NCBI GenBank assembly: GCA_965140775.1
Contig: OZ223471.1
Coordinates: forward strand, 3,042,198-3,106,197
DNA length: 64,000 nucleotides
Direction: 5' to 3'
Source: Bacteroidales bacterium
GTDB lineage: Bacteria > Bacteroidota > Bacteroidia > Bacteroidales > F082
Both the position numbers and the translations under genes were made by a program. The notes under the pieces were generated by a model. It worked only from the letters and a program-made list of their open reading frames with translations. It ran no database searches and was not told the origin of the DNA. Positions 9,161-17,841 of this stretch are shown piece by piece (position 1 is the first letter of the stretch; each line of letters begins with the position of its first letter).

Positions 9161-10396
9161 TTAATTTAACTGATAACAAGCCATTTCCGTAAGGTTGCGC
9201 ACAAATACTTTTCCATTGGAAAATGAAGGTGCCGTCCATGATTTCCCCGAAAGGGCATCAACGGAACCATGTTCGGTATAGGCTTCCGGGTTGGTATCCA
9301 CCATCACCAGTGTTCCCTGATCGGAGAGTACCAACAGTTGATTGTCCACCAGAATTAAACTTCCTTTACCCAAACCTCGCTTGGTCCATTTCACTTCACC
9401 GGCTTCTGCTGAAATACAACGCAGCGCCGCCACGTGAAATCCATAAATATATCCGTTGTAGTAACAACTGGAGCTAAAGTCGTTTTTCATGGCAGGCCCG
9501 GTAAGAAACTCTGTGGCTTTGTTGTTTTCAACCGACACGATGCAAAACGATGGTGTTCTGACTCCTGACAGGAAAATTTTGTTTTTGTCAACCAACAAGG
9601 GAATGGCAGTTAGTCCGCCAAAGGGCATGGTAAAAGTCCACAATGTATCGCCCTGCAGATTATAGGAGTATAAAGTTCTGCCATTGGCGAAAATAATTTG
9701 CTGCTGACCATCGATGGTGGTCAATAGAGGCGAATCATGGGAACTGACTCCTTCGCCCGAAGCCCACAGCAGTTTTCCATCCTTTTTGCCAAAAGCGCCA
9801 AAAGTCCTGTTTTCGGTTCCGCCAATCTCCATGATCACCGTTTCGTCCAACAGCAGAGGGGAGCTGGCATATCCCCACCGCGGGATGGTACTGCCATAGG
9901 TTTCCCCAAAATTTACCTGCCATACGAGTGCGCCATCTTTTCGGGCAACGGCAGACAGTGTCCCCTTGCCGCTGAAGCAAAAAACGTAGTCCTCGTCGAT
10001 GGAAGGCGTTGCTCTGGCACCGCAGCCCCAGCCGTCGGCATCATAATACATGGAATCGACTTGGGTACGCCAAAGTTCGTTGCCCGTATTTTCATCGTAG
10101 GCTACCACAAATTCAAATCCGGAAATACTATCCAGTTTTTCGCTGGTCATGGTATAAACCACTCCATCCACTACCGTCAATTCGGAAAAGCCCTCTCCTA
10201 TTTCCTTTTTCCATAATAGTTTGGGTGGTGATTGATTCCAATCGGTGGATGAAAGTTTCTCCGTGGAAACGCCATTGCGATTTTGACCTCTGAACTGAGG
10301 CCATGCATGGGTACTGCTTTGCTGAGCAAATCCCGCGTATCCCTGAAATACCATCAGGAACACAAGCACCCCAAGGTGCATCATCTTCTTTTTCAT
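9161..10396 (-). CDS. PQQ-like (BamB-family) beta-propeller repeat protein, secreted
   Basis: The product has a signal peptide, the entry motif WPQFRG.NRNG, and repeated G.VY / G..LW blade motifs. The start is the ATG at 10396. Confidence 0.8.
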   Translation of the reverse strand: MKKKMMHLGVLVFLMVFQGYAGFAQQSSTHAWPQFRGQNRNGVSTEKLSSTDWNQSPPKLLWKKEIGEGFSELTVVDGVVYTMTSEKLDSISGFEFVVAYDENTGNELWRTQVDSMYYDADGWGCGARATPSIDEDYVFCFSGKGTLSAVARKDGALVWQVNFGETYGSTIPRWGYASSPLLLDETVIMEIGGTENRTFGAFGKKDGKLLWASGEGVSSHDSPLLTTIDGQQQIIFANGRTLYSYNLQGDTLWTFTMPFGGLTAIPLLVDKNKIFLSGVRTPSFCIVSVENNKATEFLTGPAMKNDFSSSCYYNGYIYGFHVAALRCISAEAGEVKWTKRGLGKGSLILVDNQLLVLSDQGTLVMVDTNPEAYTEHGSVDALSGKSWTAPSFSNGKVFVRNLTEMACYQLN

Positions 10397-10605
10397 AAGC
10401 AATTATCTATTCATTAAATGGTTGCCAAAACAAAAATGGAGTTGTAAACATAGAAAACCGCTTTACACGGTGGAAGTGATGGCAGTAGCAGGAGATGTTT
10501 TCGTTTGGTGAGATTTCAATCTTCCAAAACGAAATAAGTCCTTAATGGTCAGTGTATAAAAGTGGATATAAAAATACAAAAAATCTGATTCGTGACAAAC
10601 AGAGG

Positions 10606-13600
10606 CTATTCATTTCGTAATTCATTGCCCCAATCACGTTTGATAGCCCAATGGGAGGCGAGCACAATCCAAAGGGTAGCGCTGAAAAAGACTCCGCAGA
10701 CCAACATAATCAAAAAATATCCCGGAACTTGAAAAGCAGGAGAAAACAATGAAGGAAGTATGCCAATCAATGCCGAGATGATTCCAATGGCCATCCCCAT
10801 GAGCAGCAACCACATATTTTCCATGACAATGAGCTGAAACAATTGTTTTCGTGTAAATCCCAGAGCTTTCATAACAGCCAGTTCGTGTTTGCGGTCCAGC
10901 ATGTTGCGCATGAGCACAATCCCCATCCCTACCGTTCCCAGAATAACACCCAAACCTCCCAAGATCATGAAAATGTTGAGATAAGTATTGGTGACGGAAT
11001 AAAAGGCCGCCAGCCGTTTGGGAGCCGACATTATCTCGACACCATAGTCCACCCATCGGCTTTTAAGCAGCTGTCCCATTTCTTTTTCCTGAGAAAGTGG
11101 CACCTCCACCAGCATCATTTGCGAGCCTCCCGACGAGGGGAAATTGGCCAAAAAGCAACTATCCGAAATAAGAATATTCCCCTGAAATACAGATGGATTG
11201 AGCCCGCCCACCAAAAGCAAACGAATGGTATCGCCCCGCTCGTTCAGGTAGGTCAGGGTGTCGCCGATGGATTTCATCAACCCCCACTGAATCACGGTTT
11301 GGTCGGCAATGGCCGGAACAACTCCTAAGCCTCTGTTTTTGGTCAATTGGAGCCAGGGTGAAGGGGCATCATCCAACAAATTGGAGAAGGAAAATGCACC
11401 AAGACTGTTGAAAATTTTGGGGTTAACACCCAGAATTTGTGGCAATTGAACCTGATTCAGATTCAAACAACTGGCATCATCACCCGGAAGGTTATAAAAT
11501 TGAACGAAGGAAGTATTTTTCATCACCTCCTCCCCATCAAGCCCGTAGGTCGAACGCCCTTCACGGGTATTGAGGTCGTGTAAAATCGGCACCGAAGTTT
11601 CTACCCAAAGTGAAAAACCACCTGTGCCTGAAGTACGCTGGTTTTCTGCGCTGACAAAGGTTTTTCGGTTGGCACCGGTGACAATAATGGTAAAAGTTCC
11701 CAAAGCCAGCAACCAAACCACTGCCATGCTTCGGTTTTTATTCCTTCCAACATTTTTCCAAATGAGTTCGCCCATTTCAAACCTCTTTTTCCGAAACGAC
11801 ATGTTTCCTTTGGCAGGGTCTATCAAAATGGACACAAAGGAGGCGCTGCCCATGAGAAACAGAAAACCGGCAGCCAGCACCAGCGGAGCGTTTTGTACCA
11901 ACGCATGGGAAAAGGAATATATGACCATCGCCGCAGTTCCTCCCCAACCCAACACAACCAAAAACCTGTTTACCAATGTCTTACCAAAACGAACAGGAAC
12001 AGATTGCGAACGTATAACAGCAACTATATTTTTTCTGAAACTGCGGGCAGTAATCACGTAAATGGAAATCGTAGCAATAACCATCCCCGTTAAAATACCT
12101 ACGAGAAGGGTTTGTGGTCGAATGACCATCTTTAACATGTCGGCATGAACGGCATCATTCCAAACGGAATTTAACCCCCACAGCATCACCTTATTGTATA
12201 GCACACCCAACATTCCTCCCAGCAAAGCTGAAAGCACCAGCGCGGGCAATGCCTCCATCATCCGGAGCCTGATGAGTTGGCGTTTGTTGAAACCAAGAGC
12301 ATAAACGACACCTGTTTCCCGACGTCGGCTTTCCACATTCAGGCTGTAAACCAGCACCAAAAGCAAGAGTGCAGCAACAATAACAAAAAAGCTCAGACTC
12401 AGAAACAACTGACCAAAATCAACACCGTTGGTAGCCGCTTGTTTACCTTGCCTGCGCACATCAACAAACGACAGGTTAATATCGGAAGGGCTGAGGGTTT
12501 GGAGCAATCGGCTCTCCAATTCAGATTTGGACAGGGTATCCGCAGAAAATCGAATAGCGGTATAATTCCCAAAGGGATTTTCCCACAGTTGCAGACCCTT
12601 TTTTAAGGAAATATATGCCTTGGGTGTTCCACGGTAATCGGTCCAGTACTGTTCATCTTTGTCGCGAATTTTGCTCAAATCGATGGGGATGCCCGCCTCC
12701 CAATCGCGACAATTTCCGGCTTCGGTGAGTCCGGGAAAGGCGGGCATGAGCGACCTGTTTAGGGATGGTGATTCCACAGGAACAATTTCCGACACACGAA
12801 ACCAGGCACTTTTCTCCACCAATTTTCGCATGGATCCCATGGCGAAATAACGCATCTGAAGTGAATCGCCGACTTTGATATCCAAGTCGTTGGCCAACCA
12901 GCTATTGACTATTATGTCATTGTCGTTGAGGGTTTTATCCAGAAGGGTTCGGGAGGCAGCCGTAACGAAGGAATAGGGAGTTTCGTTTTCGTGAAAACGA
13001 AGGGAGTTGACAAAATAGGTAAGGATTTTTTGTGATTCAATGGGCCAATTTTCCAATCGATCGGAGATGGACTTATCGAAAAAAACACGATCGGAAAGCA
13101 ATTGCAAAGCACTTGAATCAGGCAAGTAGGAGAGCGACAATCCGGCATCTTTTAGTTGCCAGTTTTCGCTAAGACTTTGGTTTAAAACACCTTCAGATAA
13201 GCCTTCCTTGTCAGCCACCAAAATTAAATTGCACAAACCCTGCAAGTCCATTTTATCGGCCAGAAGTTGTCGGGGAACGAAAATATTATAAGGTGCCAAC
13301 TGGTTGTTTCTCAAACTAAACCGTCCCAATTGATTGCTGCCCGCGATGGCAGAAACCTTCAAACGTAACGCCACCGTAGCGGTTTCCTCCTCCGAAAAAG
13401 GCGCATTTAATGGGATGAGCTCAGCCTGCCGGATCCTGAGCAACAGTTCGTCGCCGGGATTCACCGACAGTTCGTCGGCGATATTTTGTGAAATAACGAT
13501 TCCATCAGAAGTCCATTCAGGTAACTGTCCATCAGCAAGTTGCCAAAACGAGGCATCCACGCCCATGATCTGCGCCGATGAAATTCTGGATTGGTTTTGT

Positions 13601-13890
13601 GGGTTGACCACCATGCCCTGCAACAAGAGCACAGGGGTGGCAACTACCCGCAGTTCATTGGCCATTTCAACAGCCAAATCGGCGCGAACAAACCGATCGC
13701 CGGCCATCAAAGCATACTCAACCTTTCCCAAACGTTGATCCACTAAATGAATGAGACTGTATTTCACCGAATCGCCAACCACCAATGCACCCGTAAGCAC
13801 CGCCGTACTGATAACAGCCGCCAAAAACACCCATAGGTGTTGCCTTTTGAAGTAAAACAGGCTTCGTATGACGAATTTCATCCGGCTCAT
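10606..13890 (-). CDS. ABC transporter permease with two FtsX/MacB-type modules (1094 aa)
   Basis: There are two blocks of four TM helices, each preceded by a large extracytoplasmic domain. FtsX-like C-terminal motifs are present (MKALGF.RKQL). The gene follows a LolD/MacB-like ATPase gene. Confidence 0.85.
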   Translation of the reverse strand: MSRMKFVIRSLFYFKRQHLWVFLAAVISTAVLTGALVVGDSVKYSLIHLVDQRLGKVEYALMAGDRFVRADLAVEMANELRVVATPVLLLQGMVVNPQNQSRISSAQIMGVDASFWQLADGQLPEWTSDGIVISQNIADELSVNPGDELLLRIRQAELIPLNAPFSEEETATVALRLKVSAIAGSNQLGRFSLRNNQLAPYNIFVPRQLLADKMDLQGLCNLILVADKEGLSEGVLNQSLSENWQLKDAGLSLSYLPDSSALQLLSDRVFFDKSISDRLENWPIESQKILTYFVNSLRFHENETPYSFVTAASRTLLDKTLNDNDIIVNSWLANDLDIKVGDSLQMRYFAMGSMRKLVEKSAWFRVSEIVPVESPSLNRSLMPAFPGLTEAGNCRDWEAGIPIDLSKIRDKDEQYWTDYRGTPKAYISLKKGLQLWENPFGNYTAIRFSADTLSKSELESRLLQTLSPSDINLSFVDVRRQGKQAATNGVDFGQLFLSLSFFVIVAALLLLVLVYSLNVESRRRETGVVYALGFNKRQLIRLRMMEALPALVLSALLGGMLGVLYNKVMLWGLNSVWNDAVHADMLKMVIRPQTLLVGILTGMVIATISIYVITARSFRKNIVAVIRSQSVPVRFGKTLVNRFLVVLGWGGTAAMVIYSFSHALVQNAPLVLAAGFLFLMGSASFVSILIDPAKGNMSFRKKRFEMGELIWKNVGRNKNRSMAVVWLLALGTFTIIVTGANRKTFVSAENQRTSGTGGFSLWVETSVPILHDLNTREGRSTYGLDGEEVMKNTSFVQFYNLPGDDASCLNLNQVQLPQILGVNPKIFNSLGAFSFSNLLDDAPSPWLQLTKNRGLGVVPAIADQTVIQWGLMKSIGDTLTYLNERGDTIRLLLVGGLNPSVFQGNILISDSCFLANFPSSGGSQMMLVEVPLSQEKEMGQLLKSRWVDYGVEIMSAPKRLAAFYSVTNTYLNIFMILGGLGVILGTVGMGIVLMRNMLDRKHELAVMKALGFTRKQLFQLIVMENMWLLLMGMAIGIISALIGILPSLFSPAFQVPGYFLIMLVCGVFFSATLWIVLASHWAIKRDWGNELRNE

Positions 13891-13927
13891 GTTGGTTCGA
13901 TGGGGTTTTTCTTATTACAATATATAA

Positions 13928-14611
13928 CTATTTGGTTATCAAGTTTCCACCCTCCAAAAAATGCACCTGGCCAATCAAGTTCGCGAGTTTAAGCGAATGG
14001 GTTACCACCACCATTGCCACTTTGTTTTGGCGGTTGAGGTTGGAAAGTAATTGACCGATTTGTTGAGCAGAAGCTTCATCGAGTGAGCCAGTGGGTTCGT
14101 CGGCCAAGATAAGTTTGGGTTGGTTGATTAAGGCCCTGACCACCGCTGCACGCTGACATTCACCTCCCGAAAGCTGACCCGGAAACTGCCTGATTTTGTC
14201 GGCCAATCCCACCAAAGAAAGCAATTCCATGGCCCGATCGGGCGCAGATTTTTTCAAGATCATATCCTTCAAGGGAAGTGTAGGCAACAAAACATTTTCC
14301 AACAGATTAAGCTGTGGCAACAGGTGATGCGATTGAAAAACAAAGCCAATATGTTGGTTTCGGATGGAAGCCAACTCATCCGTAGAATGGTGAGTCAGGT
14401 CTTTTCCGTCGAACAAAACAGTCCCGGAAGTGGGCGTATCCAACGTGCCCAAAATATGCAGCAAGGTACTTTTGCCCGAGCCCGACGGACCCACAACGGA
14501 CATGGATTGCCCTTTTTTCAAGGACAGGGATATGTCGGTCAGCACCTCCCTTCGAATGTCTGATTGAGGGTTGACATAGGACTTATTTACGTGCAACAGT
14601 TGGCAAATCAT
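13928..14611 (-). CDS. ABC transporter ATP-binding protein (LolD/MacB-like)
   Basis: Walker A GPSGSGKST, signature LSGGECQR and Walker B LILADEPTGSLD are all present. The start overlaps the upstream gene's stop as ATGA. Confidence 0.9.
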   Translation of the reverse strand: MICQLLHVNKSYVNPQSDIRREVLTDISLSLKKGQSMSVVGPSGSGKSTLLHILGTLDTPTSGTVLFDGKDLTHHSTDELASIRNQHIGFVFQSHHLLPQLNLLENVLLPTLPLKDMILKKSAPDRAMELLSLVGLADKIRQFPGQLSGGECQRAAVVRALINQPKLILADEPTGSLDEASAQQIGQLLSNLNRQNKVAMVVVTHSLKLANLIGQVHFLEGGNLITK

Positions 14612-15897
14612 TTAACAAGACTTTGATAAATTTCTAATATTTGGCTACTTATATGATCGATTCCATATTTTTCGGCAACAGCATTTTTTCCTTGTTCACT
14701 CATTTCACGGATTTTCCCGGGATCGGAAAGCACCTCCATCCACTTATTGGCCAATGCCTCCGGCGTGTTGGGTGCGTAGGTAACGCCGCCACCGGTTACG
14801 TCAATTATTTCGGGAAAAGCTCCCAATGCCGGTTGCACCAAAGGAATACCACATGCCAGAGATTCAAGCTGATAGGTTCCGAAGGCCTCCCCTTTGAGCA
14901 CGGGCACGGTCAGTATGGTGAGTTGATTGAAAAAATGATAACGGTTTTCGGGCAGGTGATCCTGAATAATTTCCACATCATGGCCCATGCCGGCTTTTTT
15001 CAGTTTATTCAGTTGTTTCTTTACAAATCGCTTATCATCTGCGGTATAGCCTCCGGATAACTTCAGTTGAACATGACTAAATTCAGGTCGTTGTTTGAGC
15101 AGTATAAAGGCATCTATCAACAGTCCGAAACCATGTTCGGGGTACATTCGCGAGATATATCCGATGACAGGCTGCTCTTCTTTGGGGGGTGCATAGCGGT
15201 AAATGGACGAATCTATCCCAATGGGAACCACCTTCAGTTTGTGATCGGGAATATTCATTTTCACCTTCATTTCCTTGGCGTAGTAATCGCTCACGGCGAT
15301 AAAGGCATCCACATCTGCACCCTTGTCGGCCATCAGTTTCCAGACTTTTTCCCGATAGAAATCGTTCATGGCATCCACCCACACATCCTCATCCTGGAGT
15401 GAGCAAACCACGGGAACCTTCAGTTGTTCGCGAATTTGGTTGGCCAAACCCAGGAGAAGGGCGTTGCTCAGGTGTACCACATCCGGTTTTTCGTGTACCT
15501 TAAGAAAATCGATAAGTTCCTGAAGCTCGCGGTTTTGGTTGCCTTCACGTCCCATGAGCATGGAAATGGTCATTTCTTCCAGGCCTTCGGTTCGGGTGGA
15601 TCCGGCTTTTTTGGCGGCATAACTTAGTATTCCCGATGAATTAAACATGCGCTCCATCCAGGCAGGCATATTTTTGAAAATCCGAAAGTTTTGTTTCAGG
15701 TATATATTGACTGCTCCGTAAAAAATGGGGTTCTCATCCTTTTCAACACCGTGTTCGAGGGTGAGGGGTAGATAAATGGGTAGCATCATGGCATCGTGCC
15801 CCAATTTGATCAAGGATTTGATGTATCCGCTGTCGCGAAGGCAGTTTCCACAATAAAAGGTACCACCAAATCCGGGAACTATGTTGACTATTTTCAT
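14608..15897 (-). CDS. GT4-family glycosyltransferase
   Basis: 429 aa with a C-terminal GT-B motif: EAFGTYQLESLACGIPLV (the E-x7-E region). Confidence 0.8.
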   Translation of the reverse strand: MKIVNIVPGFGGTFYCGNCLRDSGYIKSLIKLGHDAMMLPIYLPLTLEHGVEKDENPIFYGAVNIYLKQNFRIFKNMPAWMERMFNSSGILSYAAKKAGSTRTEGLEEMTISMLMGREGNQNRELQELIDFLKVHEKPDVVHLSNALLLGLANQIREQLKVPVVCSLQDEDVWVDAMNDFYREKVWKLMADKGADVDAFIAVSDYYAKEMKVKMNIPDHKLKVVPIGIDSSIYRYAPPKEEQPVIGYISRMYPEHGFGLLIDAFILLKQRPEFSHVQLKLSGGYTADDKRFVKKQLNKLKKAGMGHDVEIIQDHLPENRYHFFNQLTILTVPVLKGEAFGTYQLESLACGIPLVQPALGAFPEIIDVTGGGVTYAPNTPEALANKWMEVLSDPGKIREMSEQGKNAVAEKYGIDHISSQILEIYQSLVK

Positions 15898-16086
15898 TTT
15901 TTTGAGTGCCTAAAGTTTAAAGTGCTAAAAATAGGGAATTTTGGGGGTTCGGCGATTGTTGTCGTTGCTTTTTACCCATTTCCTGATTGCGGTGGGATAT
16001 TCGGGGAAAATTGGTCGATGACCATCCCCGGACCTATTGAGATTTGTGGTTTCGTTTATCGGCCAGCTGCGGAAAAGGTTGGTTGC

Positions 16087-16148
16087 GCTACGCTGTAGCT
16101 TTGTTTTTGCTGATTGTATTTTTACAAAGATTGTCGCTGCGCTGCAGC
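16087..16148. repeat. pair of 13-nt mini-hairpins with a covarying stem
   Basis: GCTAC-GCT-GTAGC at 16087-16099 and GCTGC-GCT-GCAGC at 16136-16148. Both are followed by TTTG. The A/T pair in one copy is replaced by a G/C pair in the other. A TTGTA-TTTT-TACAA hairpin lies between them. Confidence 0.6.
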
Positions 16149-16236
16149 TTTGAAACCCGGGGTGCCATTATATTTATCTGTAATGCAGAGTTTTACCTCT
16201 CGATCAGCACTTCTAACTTCCTATTCCTCACCTTTT

Positions 16237-16365
16237 CTTCCCACTCCTGTTGATGTCCTACGGACAAGAACCTTTGCTTTCTGTTAATCTATTGATGTTG
16301 AAGCCCTATGGGCTATTCAATAATTCTGTCTTTTAATTAAAAACAACAATTCCATTCACCCTTTC
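16237..16365. repeat. 129-bp direct repeat, copy 1
   Basis: By eye there are 5 mismatches over 129 bp against 16418-16546, at an offset of 181 bp. The copy contains mini-hairpins GTCC-TAC-GGAC and AGCCC-TAT-GGGCT. Confidence 0.85.
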
Positions 16366-16417
16366 TCCTTATCTTCTTTTCTCCTCTTCTCCTTTTCTTC
16401 CGACTTCCGACTCCCGA

Positions 16418-16546
16418 CTTCCCACTCCTGTTGATGTCCTACGGACAAGAGCCTTTGGTTTATGTTAATCTATTGATGTTGAAGCCCTATGGGCTATTCA
16501 ATAATTCTGTCTTTTGATTAAAAACATCAATTCCATTCACCCTTTC
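16418..16546. repeat. 129-bp direct repeat, copy 2
   Basis: See copy 1. Each copy is followed by a polypyrimidine tract on the plus strand. Confidence 0.85.
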
Positions 16547-16636
16547 ACCACTTCACCTCTTCTCCACTTCTCCTCTTCTCCTCTTCACATCTCCTCCTCT
16601 TCTCCAAGCTGCCTACTCCTTACTCCCTACTCCTGA

Positions 16637-16727
16637 CTTCCGTCTCCCATCTTCCGTTTCCCGTCTTCCGTCTCCCATCTTCCGTTTCCCGTCTTCCGTT
16701 TCCCGTCTTCCGTCTTCCGTCTTCCGT
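16637..16727. repeat. 13 tandem heptamers (CTTCCGT / CTCCCAT / TTCCCGT) with 28-nt higher-order periodicity
   Basis: The array reads directly as cttccgt ctcccat cttccgt ttcccgt, twice, followed by further cttccgt/ttcccgt units. It ends 4 nt from the stop codon (16732-16734) of the propeller gene. Confidence 0.9.
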
Positions 16728-16731
16728 CCTC

Positions 16732-17841
16732 CTACTCCCACCCAAATCCATAAACCCGGCCGTCTTCGGCACCCACCACCATCAATTTATTAACAATAGC
16801 AGGAGTGCTGCTTATCGGGCTTCCGATTTCGTAGGACCAAATTTTTTGTCCGGCGTACATATCCAACAGGTATATTCGTCCGTCTTTGGAGGTGATGACC
16901 ACCTGATTTCCGGCGATTACCGGAGAGCTTTCTATTTTACCGAGGGTAACAAATTCCCACAAAATCTTGCCGGTATCGCCATCATAGGCATATACTTTTT
17001 TGTTTTGAGAACCAATAACGACGATGTTGTCTGAAGTGGCAGGCGAGCCAAGAAATGGTCCTGCACCCGGAACTTTCCAAAGGGCTTTTTTGCTGGAAAT
17101 ATCCACTTTGTAAAACACGCCATCGTAATTGCCAAAATAGGCCATGGGGCCCACCATGCATGCTGACGAGGCAATATAGGTACCGATTTCCACGGTATCT
17201 GCAATTGTTCCCGAAATCACATCCACCAAGTGCAACATACCGTCGCATCCGCCGAAGACTGCTTCCTTTCCGTTGGTGGCGGGAGTTCCGTTGATGTAGT
17301 TATCGGTTTCGTATTTCCAAAGTGGTTGTCCCGTAAGGGCATCCACACAATGAAGGTAATAATCGTAACTCCCGAAAATCAGATTTTGGCTTTTATCGTC
17401 GGCAGCAAGCGTCCAATTGGCAGCGCCGGATATCTGTCCTTCAGTAGCATAGTGCCATTTTTCGGATCCCGTTTTGGCATCCAACGCAAACATGATTCCC
17501 TCCAAAGAGCCCACAAAAACCGTTTGATCGAGAAACAAAGGAGGTGCTTCGATGGAGGTTTCAGTGGAAAACCGCCAAACCTCTTTGCCTTCAGCTGATA
17601 AGCAGTAAAGCGACCCTCCATTGGTTCCGATAAAAATATGGCCGTCAGCTATTATCGGTGAGGATTTGATGATGTCGTCGGTTTGAAAACTCCAAAGAAG
17701 CGCAGGATTATCCGGAATGGCGACATGGGTTGTTCCCGTCAGGGCAGGATTTCCGCGGTATGAAGGCCAACTATCTTGCTGTGCCTTTCCTGAAAAGGAA
17801 CACGAAATTATAATCAACCATATGATTATCAATCTATCCAT
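16732..17841 (-). CDS. PQQ-like beta-propeller repeat protein, secreted
   Basis: 369 aa with a signal peptide, the entry motif WPSYRGNPALTG, and repeated blade motifs (G..F.G, G...W). It overlaps the upstream gene by 8 nt. Confidence 0.8.
   Translation of the reverse strand: MDRLIIIWLIIISCSFSGKAQQDSWPSYRGNPALTGTTHVAIPDNPALLWSFQTDDIIKSSPIIADGHIFIGTNGGSLYCLSAEGKEVWRFSTETSIEAPPLFLDQTVFVGSLEGIMFALDAKTGSEKWHYATEGQISGAANWTLAADDKSQNLIFGSYDYYLHCVDALTGQPLWKYETDNYINGTPATNGKEAVFGGCDGMLHLVDVISGTIADTVEIGTYIASSACMVGPMAYFGNYDGVFYKVDISSKKALWKVPGAGPFLGSPATSDNIVVIGSQNKKVYAYDGDTGKILWEFVTLGKIESSPVIAGNQVVITSKDGRIYLLDMYAGQKIWSYEIGSPISSTPAIVNKLMVVGAEDGRVYGFGWE

Noticed and set aside
16237-16735. Possible CRISPR array in the repeat-rich spacer.
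   Set aside because: - There are only two long (129-bp) repeats plus a 7-nt microsatellite.
- There is no 25-40-bp repeat/spacer periodicity.
- No cas genes are present in the window.
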